DNA of 64,000 nt from Eledone cirrhosa (taxonomy: Eukaryota). Where the stretch lies: positions 15,562,001 through 15,626,000 of the forward strand of contig OZ024743.1 in assembly GCA_964016885.1 (NCBI GenBank). Direction: 5' to 3'. The position numbers were made by a program, and so were the translations under genes. Below, piece after piece: positions 13,162 through 25,587 of the stretch (positions are counted from its first letter, which is position 1; each line of letters begins with the position of its first letter). A model generated the notes under the pieces. That model searched no databases. It was not told where the DNA came from and saw only the letters and a list, made by a program, of their open reading frames with translations.

Positions 13162-16044
13162 ATGTTTTACTTTTTTATGAATAAATTCTATCTGAACATT
13201 TAAAAAACATTAATTCAATGTTTTATCAAATTTAATTTTGTGAGGATTGATCATACGTGTTTTGTGATTTGGGAGAAAATGTTTCAATGTTCAATGAAAA
13301 ATAAATTTTGGAACCCCTAATAAACTAATATACCGTATAGCCAGGAACAAAATTGGAAATATGATGTACTCAACTTATATTTACTAACAACCATAAAACT
13401 CACAAAAGATTCTTACTTTCACGTCTGCAATGGTGCTTCTGTTGCATATATGAATATCCCAGGCCTTATTTCAATTGAGTCACACCCCAAAAGACTTCAA
13501 CAACTTTACTACAGACATGTCTCCATATTCTGTTTTATAAATAACTACTGTGATGACTCTTTGGAGCTTTATGATTAATTATACCTTACACCAAGCCAAC
13601 CCCACAGACTTGCACCCTAACTTCTATCATCCATATCATAAACAAGCCAACAAGATAGGCTCTATATGTGTGCTTAATCTTAAAGAAAAAGCAGCCATAT
13701 CTCTCTCAAATCACACACTCAAATCTTTAAAACATCATGTTGAAAAATGTAATCTGCACATAGGGAAAATAGGATGGTCACAGCTGGAATGCCTTTAATG
13801 ATGATTATATTCAATCTGAATTCACCTGGCCAAAGCAACAACCAATGAACGGTCACTCACTAACTACTTTGTTCAATCTGTGCAACAGTTTTCATTTGAA
13901 GTCTTTTGAAATCTTTGATAGAAATTTGAAATTTCTAAATGATGTTTAATACATTTCTATATCATTCATTTGTAATAAATGTATATACGTTTTAATATAT
14001 ATGTATCAGATACTTTATATATGAGTTAATACCCAAAATAAATCATTCAGCAATGTCAATCTGGCAATTAATGTTCAAAGAAAATTTATGTTAGACATCA
14101 TTGAGCATATGTGTTATGTTCCTCGTATAATATTACGTTTTTATAGAATAACTAGAATGTTTTCGGTATATTAATGTTTTTAAAATCTATATATGCTCAA
14201 CATTGTATTGCCATATTCATTGTACACTAATTGCCAAATTTACTTTACTACATGATTTATTTTGGAGGCATAAATGGCTGTGCAATTGAAATCATTTAAC
14301 AACCATGTTGTTTCAAATTCCATGCAACTTTCTTCTGCTATAGTAACAGGTTCACCATTACTTTGTGAGTGAGATATAATATCACAGATTATCATACATA
14401 TTGCTAATATTCTTTACTGGGATTCTTGATTCAATATATTAAAAAATAATCATGATGAATGAGCTAACCAAACTGAAATTGACATCAAGAAATTCCAGTT
14501 GCTAGGCCTGGATGTTTTCGTTATGAGTTATAACCCCAAACATATTTAAGAGCAAACCTATATGTAATTTCTCAAATGGGATGTATTATATAAAGATATG
14601 ATGTAAGGATATCTTTTTTGGATATAATATACATTGTACTATAACATTTATTGTACTAGCTGGTTGAAACATTGTCAAATTAGGTTTGGCAATTATTCTT
14701 TCCAGCATGCAAGTTATCAAATTATTTATATTCCCCAAACGATTTAAACACAGAATATAGAAATGCTGGATTAAATATTATAATGTATTCCCTACAATTT
14801 CTTACAAATCACAACCTTAAAAATATAATACATTTGTTTTTGTTATAGCTACTTAAACTCAGTGTATTCCTGCTTGAGCAGGTCTAGTATCAAAAGACTA
14901 GTAGCTAGTATAGTTATTATCCGATTATATCATCCAATTTCTAAGACACTAAAGTGTGATTTGATATATTCATCTGCTATTTCTAACTGGTCAAGCAAGT
15001 ACCTAGAAAATCATTCACTGGCTTATTTAATATTTTAGGTGTAATACTGCCAGTTATAACAAAACTTAAAATATATGAGTTGAATAAGTAGCTTCTATAT
15101 GGATGCTCATCCTCCTGGAAATAATAAAATCCCCATCTCTTACTGAAAAATGAAAAAAACACATTAGGTGATGTAATTCTCATTATCATCTTGCTGCCTA
15201 AGCTGAACTAGACTTCATAATAGATATCCATATAAGTCTGTGACTCAAGGATATGCTTAGCTATGAACATAATAACAGAATCTTTAACTATGATATCTGA
15301 GACCTTGTAATCTTTACAGTTGAGGTGAGATGGCAATGGCCTGCACATCTCTCTCTTCTCTTTCACATAATAACAGAAATACAAGGAAGAGCATTGTATA
15401 TTTCTCTAAGAATCTTATGCTGCTTATGTTTTGTGCCCAACCAAGTAAGAATGTATCTGGTCCATTGAGATAAGTTTGATGTTTGACAATAAATGTCCTA
15501 GTTCCAGTACAATATATTCTAGATAACTAAAAAAATGTATGAAATAACTTTCATTATAACCTTGCCAGACCATGGGAACCTAGGCCTAAAGAACAACTTT
15601 AATAGTGTTGTTGAATACTGGTAAGTTCCCCAAACCATATGTATTTGCAGTTTGATGTTGGTTTTTGGCTGTGTTATTCCACATAAATTTCTATTATGCT
15701 TTTCCCCGTGTTCCACTCGCATGACACCTCACCATTTTAATGTCTTCTTCACAGCCATAGATGAAACAATTACAAATCTGAAAAAATATTCTGTTTTCCA
15801 CGTTCTTTCTATGTGAGGTTGCTAGTAAATTGAAGGGTGAATAATTAACAGTTTGCTTGTTTGTATATGTGCATATGTGAGTGGGTTGCCTCCACTGTTC
15901 TTCTTGAGGTCTTTTTTCTCTTTACTGTTTTTCCAATTTTTCTTTATTCTTTCTTTTTATTTTTTTATTTCAGACAAATTTTTGACCAAATAGTGACAGA
16001 TTCCTTTTTTTGCTGGTAACCGTTGAGACATCTGGTTTCATAAT

Positions 16045-16231
16045 AATTGTTTCTACTTTTGGCTCAAGGCCAGCAATTATCTCAGTGTATTACTGGTACT
16101 TTATTTTATTGACCCCGTAAGGATGAAAGGCAAAGTTAACCTCGGCGGGATTTGAACTCAGACCATAACTGAGCTGTAACTCCTTGCTGCAAAGCATGGC
16201 GTCCGACCCTCTACTGATACTGCCAATCCAC
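16045..16231 (-). mobile_element. tRNA-derived SINE, full length
   Basis: Reverse complement of the family sequence from GTGGATTGGCAG to GTAGAAACAATT. Confidence 0.9.
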
Positions 16232-17404
16232 GAAAATTATTCGGTACAGTGCTCAGTGTTTTCATTCCCCAGACAATTGTTTCACTGCCAAATAGGAATG
16301 AAAGCCTCATTTCTGAGGAAGTAGCCCTGTGATTATCACTGTCTCTTCTCCAAAGCAATACTTTCACTTCCTTCTCTCTGGGGCCCAGCTGAGATAAGCT
16401 GCTCAAAATAAGGTGTAGATTTTACAACCTACATATTTCTTCCTCTGTTTCTTCCTATTGTTATTTCTTCTTTCCTTTTTTAATTTTTCTTTTTTTATTT
16501 TAGCATATTCTTTAAACATGTGTGTAAATGACAAAGTATTCCACATTTAACATTGTATGAGATGTTTTACATACCTAATTTCTTTTGGAATTGTTGAATT
16601 AAGTGGAGGCTATGGTACAATGCATTTCCTCAAAATGGTAGGACTGTATTGAGAGCATCATTACCATAAAGCAGACTTCTAGACAATTGCAAGTGCCTAC
16701 ATCCATAAAACTGAAACCAGTTTTAAGACTCCACCACATCATCTATATTCTTGTCACTAATTGAATAAATAATGGGAAAAATACAATACTTAATGACTTA
16801 GCATGTCAGTTAAATTGATCACTTCTGCATGAGTTGTCTGCTGCAACCACTGGGAAGTTTAATCAGGCTTAATTTAAATATTTTGATAAGCAACTGCATT
16901 AGAGGATTTAGAATAAGATTATGCAAGACATTTTTAGTGCATAATTTTATTGTTTTTGAATAAAATTCAAATCATATGAATTTAAAAAAACATTACAAGT
17001 TTATGGAAAAACATTTTTGTACAGTCAACCATATTTATTTTTCAGTAAAACAATGTTGCATAAATATCATGGCATAAACTAAAGAATATAGGTTGAAATC
17101 AACACAAGTACATGTGTGTCTGTGAATGTTTCAGCATGCATACATGTGTATGTGCATATAGGATGGAAATCATATGTTAAATGATGATGTTGATAACAAC
17201 AACATATCACTATATATATCTTTGTATCTCTCTCCTTCTCTATCTTTCTTTCTGTCTATATATAGCTTAATGGGTTGTAACTAAATGTTACTATTGCTGC
17301 ACCAACTTGAGCCCACAATGAATACGTGGATCCATCTTAGTATAGTATGTGGTGTTGTACATTTGGTGTATACAATAGTGAGTCTCCTTCATAAGTATAA
17401 TAAT

Positions 17405-17589
17405 AATTGTTTCTACTTTTGGCACAAGGCCAGCATTTACCCCAGTGCATTACTGGTGCTTTATATTAACAACCCTGTAAGGATGAAAGGCAAAGTTAAC
17501 CTCAGCAGGATTTGAACTCAGAACGTTAAGGGTCATAACTCTATGCTGAAAAGCATGGTGCCTGATGCTCTAACGAATCTGACAATCCA
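17405..17589 (-). mobile_element. tRNA-derived SINE, full length
   Basis: Same family. The tail abuts (TAA)n. Confidence 0.9.
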
Positions 17590-17630
17590 TAATAATTAGT
17601 AGAAATGAGATATCAAAGTATCATCATTAA

Positions 17631-17864
17631 TGCTTTAGCATTCAAACCGGTCATATGTGGCCAGAAATCTCTCACCTCTTTCTGTTCAAACCTGCTGTAA
17701 CTGGCTGCTCATACTGATGTGAAATAATATCACAATAAAATAATATCACAATTAAATAATATCACAATATCATAGATTCGATATTATGTGAGATAATTAT
17801 TTGAGTAAAAGCCTTTACTGTAGAAATATTATCGTAAATATAGAGGAATGTAAATGCTAAAGGG
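17631..17864. mobile_element. TTAA-flanked MITE (piggyBac-like termini)
   Basis: TTAA|tgCTTTAGCATT ... AATGCTAAAGGG|TTAA, with an internal 3x AAATAATATCACAAT repeat. An identical right end AATGCTAAAGGGTTAA recurs at ~39979-39994. Confidence 0.65.
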
Positions 17865-17874
17865 TTAAGTTTAT

Positions 17875-17969
17875 TCAGGTGTGACATGAGTTTTGCAATT
17901 GATCAACTCCGGGTACGATCTTTATCGATCGGTCCCAACTCTGGAATCAATAGCTCATCAGACGCCTGA
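17875..17969 (-). ncRNA. type I hammerhead ribozyme motif with a core mutation (GAAA>AAAA)
   Basis: Minus strand reads TCAGGCGT-CTGATGA-GCTATTGAT...ATCAATTGC-AAAAC-TCAT-GTC-ACACCTGA. Stem I is 7/8 paired, stem II is long, stem III is minimal, the cleavage triplet is GUC, and AATAAA follows. Confidence 0.75.
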
Positions 17970-18099
17970 TGTCCTTAATGAGAGAAGATATCTGCATACT
18001 GCTTTAAATCGCTATGTTGCACTCTATAATTAAAATATTGTGAAATTCTCTTATGGTATTTCGTTCTCATTTATATGTACTTTCTCAGTTAACTTGCCT

Positions 18100-18400
18100 G
18101 TAATCTTCTTACATGCCTTGTGCATCCATAGCTTATACTGTGTATACATTATAGAAATCTCTGCCCACTTCTTTTTGATACATTGACCATGGTCATTTCC
18201 TTGATGGCATCATATTTCTAACCTTTTCCGTACTTATTGCAAAGTTTACTTTTAGGCCTTTTTATTCTAGAAATACTTCCATGTCTGAAATTTGGTCTCT
18301 ATTTCTTCCAAAGATTCAGCTATAAAAGTTAAATAATCAACACAAGGAGCATCCATAGACAACCAGTCTTAAATTCCTTTTCATGGACATAAAACAATTA
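18100..18400 (-). mobile_element. degenerate RTE LINE fragment
   Basis: Minus-strand EFKTGCLWML (region just upstream of YADD) and a decayed Cys-rich WPCSxCxKxVG..KLWMHK segment parallel to 53840-53930. Confidence 0.5.
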
Positions 18401-18835
18401 TTATCAGAAATAAACTGAAGACTGAGTTTTGGTTGACATCCACCTACATGACAAATTCATCTGAGTACACATTGCCAACTCTCTCCTTCTTCCTTCCAAC
18501 ACACATGCACAAACACACAGAGATATATGTATGAGCAGGTGAGAGTTGTCACGAACAAAAGAAATGCAATCAACACAGTGTGCAAGTTGAATATATTTAT
18601 ATTAACAGTTTGTTTTGGGTGATGTAAAAAATATATCAAACTGGTCTGTCTGTCTGTCTGAGGATAGTAGACGTGTTTCATATCGCTCCGTGATTCGGAA
18701 TTTTACCTGCTATATTTGTGAGTGAATTTTTTTGAATTCTTTTGTATCATTAACTCTAACCCCTAGTCTGGGACTCTAGACGTAGGGTAATTATATTTTC
18801 ACCCCTTTTGGGGTGAAAAATAATTAACTCAAAAA

Positions 18836-20098
18836 ATGTTTATCGATATCGTTGATAACGATATCGTCGAAAACGATATCGCCATATTGGAAGCGAACGC
18901 CACGCCTACCAAAAAAACAAGCGGGAAAGAGGAAACAACAGTTCAAACTGTTGAACAGCCCCTCCTCTCCAATGAAAAAAAAAAGAATATCAATTCAAAT
19001 GAAAAACTGAATTTTGAAGGAAAAAAAAATAACACCACAAATAAGGAAACCAACATTACAACAACAAACAAAGACAAAATTTCTTTTGCCCAAACACTCA
19101 GCAGAGCCACGGAATACAAAGCCATAGACATCACGAACGCCAAGGAAAATTTGCTAGAGGCTAGAAAATACGTATCTTTTGGGGAAGATGGTTCTTTTAC
19201 GATCAACTCCCCAGAAGAAGTGCGTCAACAGATTTACAATAATACCGTAACCTACAGAACCATAACCAACGAAACGAGAAAGCCAGCGCAATTGACCGAA
19301 GGTCAAATTGAGCTGGTTTTGAAAGACATTAAAAAGGACATACTCTTTATTCAAAAAGGAAAGCTGTATGCCAGCATTATAGTCCGAATGAAGGACGAAA
19401 TGCTGGCTCAGAAATATTCGGTGGCACCTATAGTGTCACCACAATACACCTTCTTCCCCACATATAAAGGAAGAAGAACACAAAGGATAAGAATGTGGAG
19501 CCCTACGCCAGAAATTAACATCTGGTCCGTCCTAACAGGATTTACCGACCTAGATAAGGACATACTCATTTCAGCAGGGGAGTCCACCAGTGGACTGTTC
19601 GGGGGGAAAAGTCTGGAGGTTCTCTTACAGATGACACCTGAGAGAATCTCCGGAATACCCGACCGAGTGCTACTGGATGGGAGAACCTACATAAATATCA
19701 CAGTGGAAGGCAGGCGACCCTCATGTTACCACTGCGCTGGTAGAGGTCACCTGAGGACGGCCTGCCCTCTACTAACAAAAAAACCACTGCTACAAACACC
19801 ACAACAACAACAAAAACAACCAGCACCACCATCACAAAAACAACAAAATACACTACCATCACCACCAGAAGACAACAAAAACCAACAACAACACCACCAC
19901 CACCACAACAACAACAACAATATCAACAACAGCTCAAGAAAACAACCCAAAACACGGTCCCACCCAGCCCCACCCCACAGAACACAAATACAAAAACACA
20001 CGCAGTTCATACACAACCCGGAGATATACCCCTCCCCTCCAATACGGAAGAAGAGCTCATATCGTCGGAAGACGAGGGGGCTCCCTTCCAAGAAGTGA
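18836..20098 (+). CDS. Tx1 ORF1 nucleic-acid-binding (gag-like) protein; C-terminus frameshifted
   Basis: 420-aa ORF with zinc knuckle CYHCAGRGHLRTAC and a Q/P/N low-complexity tail. An alternative frame (DIPLPSNTEEELISSEDEGAPFQEVKRKK) suggests the original frame continued to 20599. Confidence 0.85.
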   Translation: MFIDIVDNDIVENDIAILEANATPTKKTSGKEETTVQTVEQPLLSNEKKKNINSNEKLNFEGKKNNTTNKETNITTTNKDKISFAQTLSRATEYKAIDITNAKENLLEARKYVSFGEDGSFTINSPEEVRQQIYNNTVTYRTITNETRKPAQLTEGQIELVLKDIKKDILFIQKGKLYASIIVRMKDEMLAQKYSVAPIVSPQYTFFPTYKGRRTQRIRMWSPTPEINIWSVLTGFTDLDKDILISAGESTSGLFGGKSLEVLLQMTPERISGIPDRVLLDGRTYINITVEGRRPSCYHCAGRGHLRTACPLLTKKPLLQTPQQQQKQPAPPSQKQQNTLPSPPEDNKNQQQHHHHHNNNNNINNSSRKQPKTRSHPAPPHRTQIQKHTQFIHNPEIYPSPPIRKKSSYRRKTRGLPSKK

Positions 20099-20314
20099 AA
20101 AGGAAAAAACGTACACACACCACACAAACAAAAATAACCCCACCTGACAACACAACACAGACAATAAAACGCAAACTCACTCAACAACAACAAGCAAAAA
20201 CAAACACAACACAAAAACTCTACACATACATAAAAAAAAAACAATAAAAACCTAACTGAAAAAATAGAAAACAACCCTTCGATACAAACCGAAGGGCCGA
20301 ATTTCGTAACGGCA

Positions 20315-20599
20315 ATGGGGCTCCCTAACCTGAAAATGGTGAAAATCCCACTTGAGATTTTCAAAACTTTGAAAGACATTTACCCTGAGGACGTGGGCCC
20401 ACCCTGCACCAGGCCACTCAACCGCGTCCTCCTGAAAGGTTTTCCCCTCCCCTCCTCAAACACCCACACAACTCCAAAGATCCCAACCCCTCCACACACT
20501 AATACCCCCACACCACCACAAACCACCACCCCACCCATCAACCCCTCCACCAGCCCCATGGAAACTGAGCGGCCCGAACCCCAGGACGCAGAGAGGTAA
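20315..20599 (+). pseudogene. probable frameshifted C-terminal part of Tx1 ORF1
   Basis: Same A/C-rich composition as ORF1, P/T-rich, and ends 23 nt before the ORF2 ATG. Confidence 0.6.
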
Positions 20600-20622
20600 G
20601 TGCCTCTTTCTTTGCCACCAAC

Positions 20623-23600
20623 ATGGCTGTCTTAAGAGTAGGTTGTCTAAATGCGCGTGGCCTGGGCTCACCGTGGAAGCAAGCTAAACTTCTAAGTGAC
20701 CTCGGGTCACAATGTATAAATGTGATGGTTATTTGCGAGGCCCGGATCAGCAGCATGCGACAGCTAGCCCCCACCTTTGATGACTTTGAGATGCACGCAT
20801 CTCTCTGTCAGCCCGGAGGTGGGGGTGGGGTTGTCGTTCTGCTGCAAAAACATCTGGGTCTCGCTACACAGACGGTACACTTGGACCCGGAGGGTCGACT
20901 CGTGGTTCTGGACCTTGGCAATGGTGAAGGCGAAGCTTTTAGGCTAGTCGCCGTATACGCCCCTTTTGGGGCAATGCTGTCGGATTTCTTCCATCGTCTG
21001 GAGACTTTTCTAGGGACGTCCCGCTCCTTGCTTTTAGTGGGGGACTGGAATGGTATCCTAGATGCACGTTGGGACTATGTAGGGGCATGTCCCGATAGAG
21101 GGGGGTGCAACAGCCTTAAGGGGTTAATCGGCCGATTTGACCTGGCCGATAGATACCGACTAGATTTTCCAACTGTACCAACCTGGACCTGTTCAAATAA
21201 CAGTGGTCAATCTAGATCGTACCTAGATAGGTTCTTAGTTAGAATTAAGGATAGGGACTTTTTAAGTTGTCCAGAAATGCTCATGGTGGGCTATTCAGAC
21301 CACAAGTTAGTGACCTGCGTAGTCCACCTTGATAGAACGCATAGGCAGGGGCCCGGTTACTGGAAGCTCAACTTGTCCTTACCGGCAAGTAGAGCTTACA
21401 GGGACCGGATTAGAACCTTAGTTAAGGAGCGGTTGACGGGCGCCATCGTCAACAACAGGTGGTGGGGCTCTCTAAAAAGAGAGATTAGAGTAGTTTCAAT
21501 AGGAGTTAATAAGGAGTTAGCCTCAGATAGAAATAGGAAGGAAAGGGAGTTGGTAGTTAATGTTGAAGAGGCAATGAGAAGCGGCAACGTGGCCAGAGTG
21601 CAAGCGTCGAGAACGGTCTTGAACCAGTTCTTCGACGCGAAACACGAAGGCTGCGTTGTCCGAAGCAAAATACGTGCTCTGGGAAACGAGGGGACCAAAG
21701 CTGTTAGCTGGGCCCGCGTGACAGAAGCGAAAAGTGGGATTAAATCCACTATCCGGTCTTTGCGAGACCAGGATGGACGGGTGATCCTTGAACCTAAGCA
21801 AATGTGCGAGGCCTTTCAAAGGCACGTTGCCCAATTGTTCGGGAGGGGCGGGGGGCCGGTTGGAGATGTGGATTTCGGTCCATACCTCGACAGCCTGCCT
21901 CGTCTTTCGGACAGGGAGGCGAGGTCCTGCGACGGGCCGATCTCAGCAGCTGAAATAGGGGACGTGCTGAGCCTATGCGGCAAACGCAAATCTCCAGGAC
22001 TCGATGGTCTGCCCTACGAACTATATATTAATATGCCGGACTTGTTCCCCGATCTCCTCGAGGCGGTCTACTGCAACTGGCAACAGAACGGGAGAATTCC
22101 CTGTTCTGTGACCAAGGGCGTAGTCTCGCTAGTGAGGAAGGACGAGAACAAGGGGGATGACATTAGTAATTTTAGGCCCATAACTCTGCTAAATGCAGAG
22201 TTAAAGATTTTGGTGAAGGTGTTAGCGAAGAGGTTGGCGCTTGTCGTGGGGGGCCTGGTGGGAGATGCGCAGACATGCGCTATCCCGTCCAGGTCCATCC
22301 ACAACAACCTCCACCTCATGCGATACATCATAGAGAGGGTTGGGAACGAACCCGGCTTTGGTGGGGCCCTGATAAATTTAGATCAGTCTAAAGCATTCGA
22401 TAGGGTGGACCATGGTTACCTGGATGCGGTGCTAGCGGCGGCTGGGTTCGGACCCGTTTTCAGGGGCTGGATCACTGCCATGCACAGCAGCCGCATCTGC
22501 TCTAGAATCAAGGTGAACGGCTACCTTTCGGAGCCGTTCGAAATCACCCGCTCCATCCGACAGGGGTGCCCTCTCTCCTCCCTTCTGTATGTACTGGCTC
22601 TCGAGCCATTACTGCGGAAGTTGGAGTTGTTGCAGGGCATCCCTTTGGAACCGGGATTGCGCAAAGCGGTGTCGGCCTACGCCGATGACGTAACAGTAAT
22701 TGTGTCGACCACCTCGGAAATCGAGGCAATCGGCACCTTACTAGAGGAGTACGAAAGGTTGACAGGGGCTAAGCTGAACCGGGACAAGTCAGTCGCTTTG
22801 CAACTCGGCGAGTGGAGGGGCAAAGCGATGTCGTGCGACGGTATCGTCGGACGGTGGACGGAGGGCCCGGTGAAGTTGCTTGGGGTCTGGTTCGGACCGG
22901 ACCTCCAGGTGGAGAAAAACTGGGGTGAGGTGACGAATAGGGTGTTTGCACTGACCCAGAAGTGGGCCGAGTGCAAACTATCCCTAAAAGGTCGGGCGGA
23001 GGTGGCGAACGCTTACATAGCGTCCGTCATCTATTACCGCTTGACTGTCGTGCCTTGCCCGGGTGAGATCCTCGCCAAAATGGAGCGCGCCCTCTTTTAT
23101 TTCCTTTGGAAGAAGAGGTCTCCTCTGGTGAGGAGATCCATCTGCTGTCAACACCCTTTGAAAGGAGGGCTGGGGATGCCGTGGCTAAAAATGCGTAAAC
23201 ACGCATTGAGGCTAAGGCACCTCCACGTATTCCTCACCGGTCAACCGGTGTGGGCCCCGTTTGTGAGGCGAGCCTTCCCGAGGCTCGTCTCGCTCACCGA
23301 GCTGCAGTCCTGGGTGAAGCAAAGACCGAGAAAACTGGGCGACTGGCACACCGAGTGTGCCCAGGCGCTCACGGATCTCTGGCAGGCGGACCCGGCTATC
23401 GACGGAGACTCCACCTCGTCATTCTATAGAGGGCTGGTGGTTAGCGGGTGCGACGACGCCCTCGGAGAAGCCCTAGGCATGGAGGAGGACGAACTGGCCA
23501 GTCTATTCGGTAGGACTTTCGGCCCGGGACCTATGGACAACTTCCAGAAGTCCTTGGCCTGGCAGTGCTACCGAGGGCTCTGCCCGTTCGGGATAAGCTC

Positions 23601-24059
23601 TACAGACACGGGCGCCCGGGTAGGGACCCCTCGAAAAAGATCTGTCCCAGATGCGTACGCGACGAGGAAACCGTCGCGCACGCATTGGTGCACTGCCCGG
23701 GCGTTGCCGATCTGTGGGGCTATGTCGAACAACTGCTGTCACGGGTGGGACCAATTAGGTTGACCACCGAGTCCATTGTAACGATCAAGCCGCCTCCCCC
23801 CTTCAAAAATGAAGGAGACGCGGTCTTCCTCTGTGTAATAGCCATGGTAAAAGAGGCTATATGGTGGACGCGTCTGAAAGGGCTGAGGTCGGACACCTTT
23901 CTCTCCGGCCAACAACTGGTCCTTTTCTTCCGATACCATTTCGGAAGAAGGATCAGGATGGAGAGAGAGGTGCTCCACTCCAGCAAGTTTTATGAAAGGT
24001 GGGTGAAAGTTGCGAGAATGGCCCGTGTGAATGGGCCTTCTCTCTACCTCAGCCTGTAG
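20623..24059 (+). pseudogene. Tx1 ORF2: apurinic endonuclease + reverse transcriptase + C-terminal CCHC, with a single frameshift near 23575
   Basis: APE motifs NARGL, GDWN, YLD and SDH; RT motifs PGLDG, KAFD, RQGCPLS and YADD. After WQCYRG the frame shifts to ALPVRDKL..CPRCVRDEETVAHALVHC (ORFs 20623-23763 and 23565-24059). Confidence 0.92.
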
Positions 24060-25587
24060 GTGGAACAGAAAGAAGGGAGCACTCTCTCTTTGTGCTCCCG
24101 TGGAGAAGGGTCGCACACCTTTTTTCGGGGGTGTGTGTGACCCCAAAACGATCCCTCTCTATTGAGGACCTTCTTGTTATTATTTTGTTTGTTATATTTT
24201 TCTTACTCGATTTTCATGTAAACTCCCCCCACCCATGTACATGTCCCTTTCTTTTGTGCCCTAGTGGCAAATAAACAGAAATCTGTCTGTCTGTCTGTGT
24301 CTGTGTGTGTGTTATATCTTCCTTAATACTTTTCTCAGTCTGAAAATAATTTTTATCTGTATTAACAAAAATTTAATAACATATCTTTGAGTTTTTATTA
24401 ATATATTATTTGAAAACATTAGATAAGTTATTTTCTTCTATTAAATATTCAGATCTATTTTTGTATGAGTTTATACTTCTGGCTACCAGTATATTTCTCC
24501 CCAAGACCAAGTATTTGCTATCAGTAAATCATACAACATGTAGTCTTACTAAAATGGTACAAGTTAGAAATTATTTTAATTTATATAATCTAATGAGGTA
24601 TCATTCGATACAACTTGAAGACTGCTCAAAATTAAATGGATTGATAACGCACATACAAATATTAAAACCAAAACTACAAATCGAGAGTGACGATAATAAT
24701 TTATTGATTTGAATAAAATAGTATTATCTGTGAGTGTGCATATTTAAGTGAGAGAATGTAAGAGAAAAGAAAGTGAGATAGAGTTAGAGAGGGAGGGGGT
24801 ACACACAGATAGAAACATAGAGAATGATTCACATTATTCGATCACATACAATTACATGTAATATTGTATGCTTTATTTTATTGATAAATACAAATGATAT
24901 AGAAACATATATATATATATATATGTGCACACTCATCATTTATGTAGCAAAAAAAAAAAAATATTATCACACATTTCTCATAATGCCATATCCACAACCA
25001 ATACAAAATAAACAGTAACACAGTTAGGCATATCTTCATATTAACAGATACACACACACTTAAACAAGTAGACATTACTGTCATGCATTTATTCCGACTA
25101 GGTAAGTAGGTATGTGTACCTAGATATATAATATAAAGGTGTCTGATATTGATTCTTGATAGATAGCTATCAATCAAACAGAGTAAAGCTGATCACTAAA
25201 GCATTATTATAGACATTATTGAAACAATTGGTTTGGTCTTCTTCCTAATAGAGTTCTTCACAGAAGAATTTGAACTATTCTGTTGGGAAATTTTCAATTT
25301 ATTCTAAGACATACTGGTGAGTATATATATATATATATATTGTTATGCTTTGGGAGGGTCATGTTGCCAATAAATTCAGAAACGATATATATATATATTA
25401 TATATATATATATATATATTATATAGACGTACAGTAGTATGTACGTACGTATACATACATATAGTATGTACGTATACATACATACATACTTACATTTAAG
25501 TGCCGTACTAAGAGTGAGAAATGTAATTTCGTTTCATTCTATTCCATATATTATATATATATACATGTGTGTATATGTGTATGTATA

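Larger units (their letters stand above)
18661..24281 (+). mobile_element. near-full-length Tx1-group (L1 clade) non-LTR retrotransposon
   Basis: ORF1 with a CCHC knuckle plus ORF2 APE-RT-CCHC. Flanked by (TCTG)4 at 18645-18660 and 24282-24297. The 3' end is AATAAACAGAAA with no poly(A). Confidence 0.93.

Noticed and set aside
19747-24146. Multiple antisense ORFs within the Tx1 element (and sense-strand ORFs within the Gypsy element)
   Set aside because: Shadow frames of long coding regions with no recognisable motifs.
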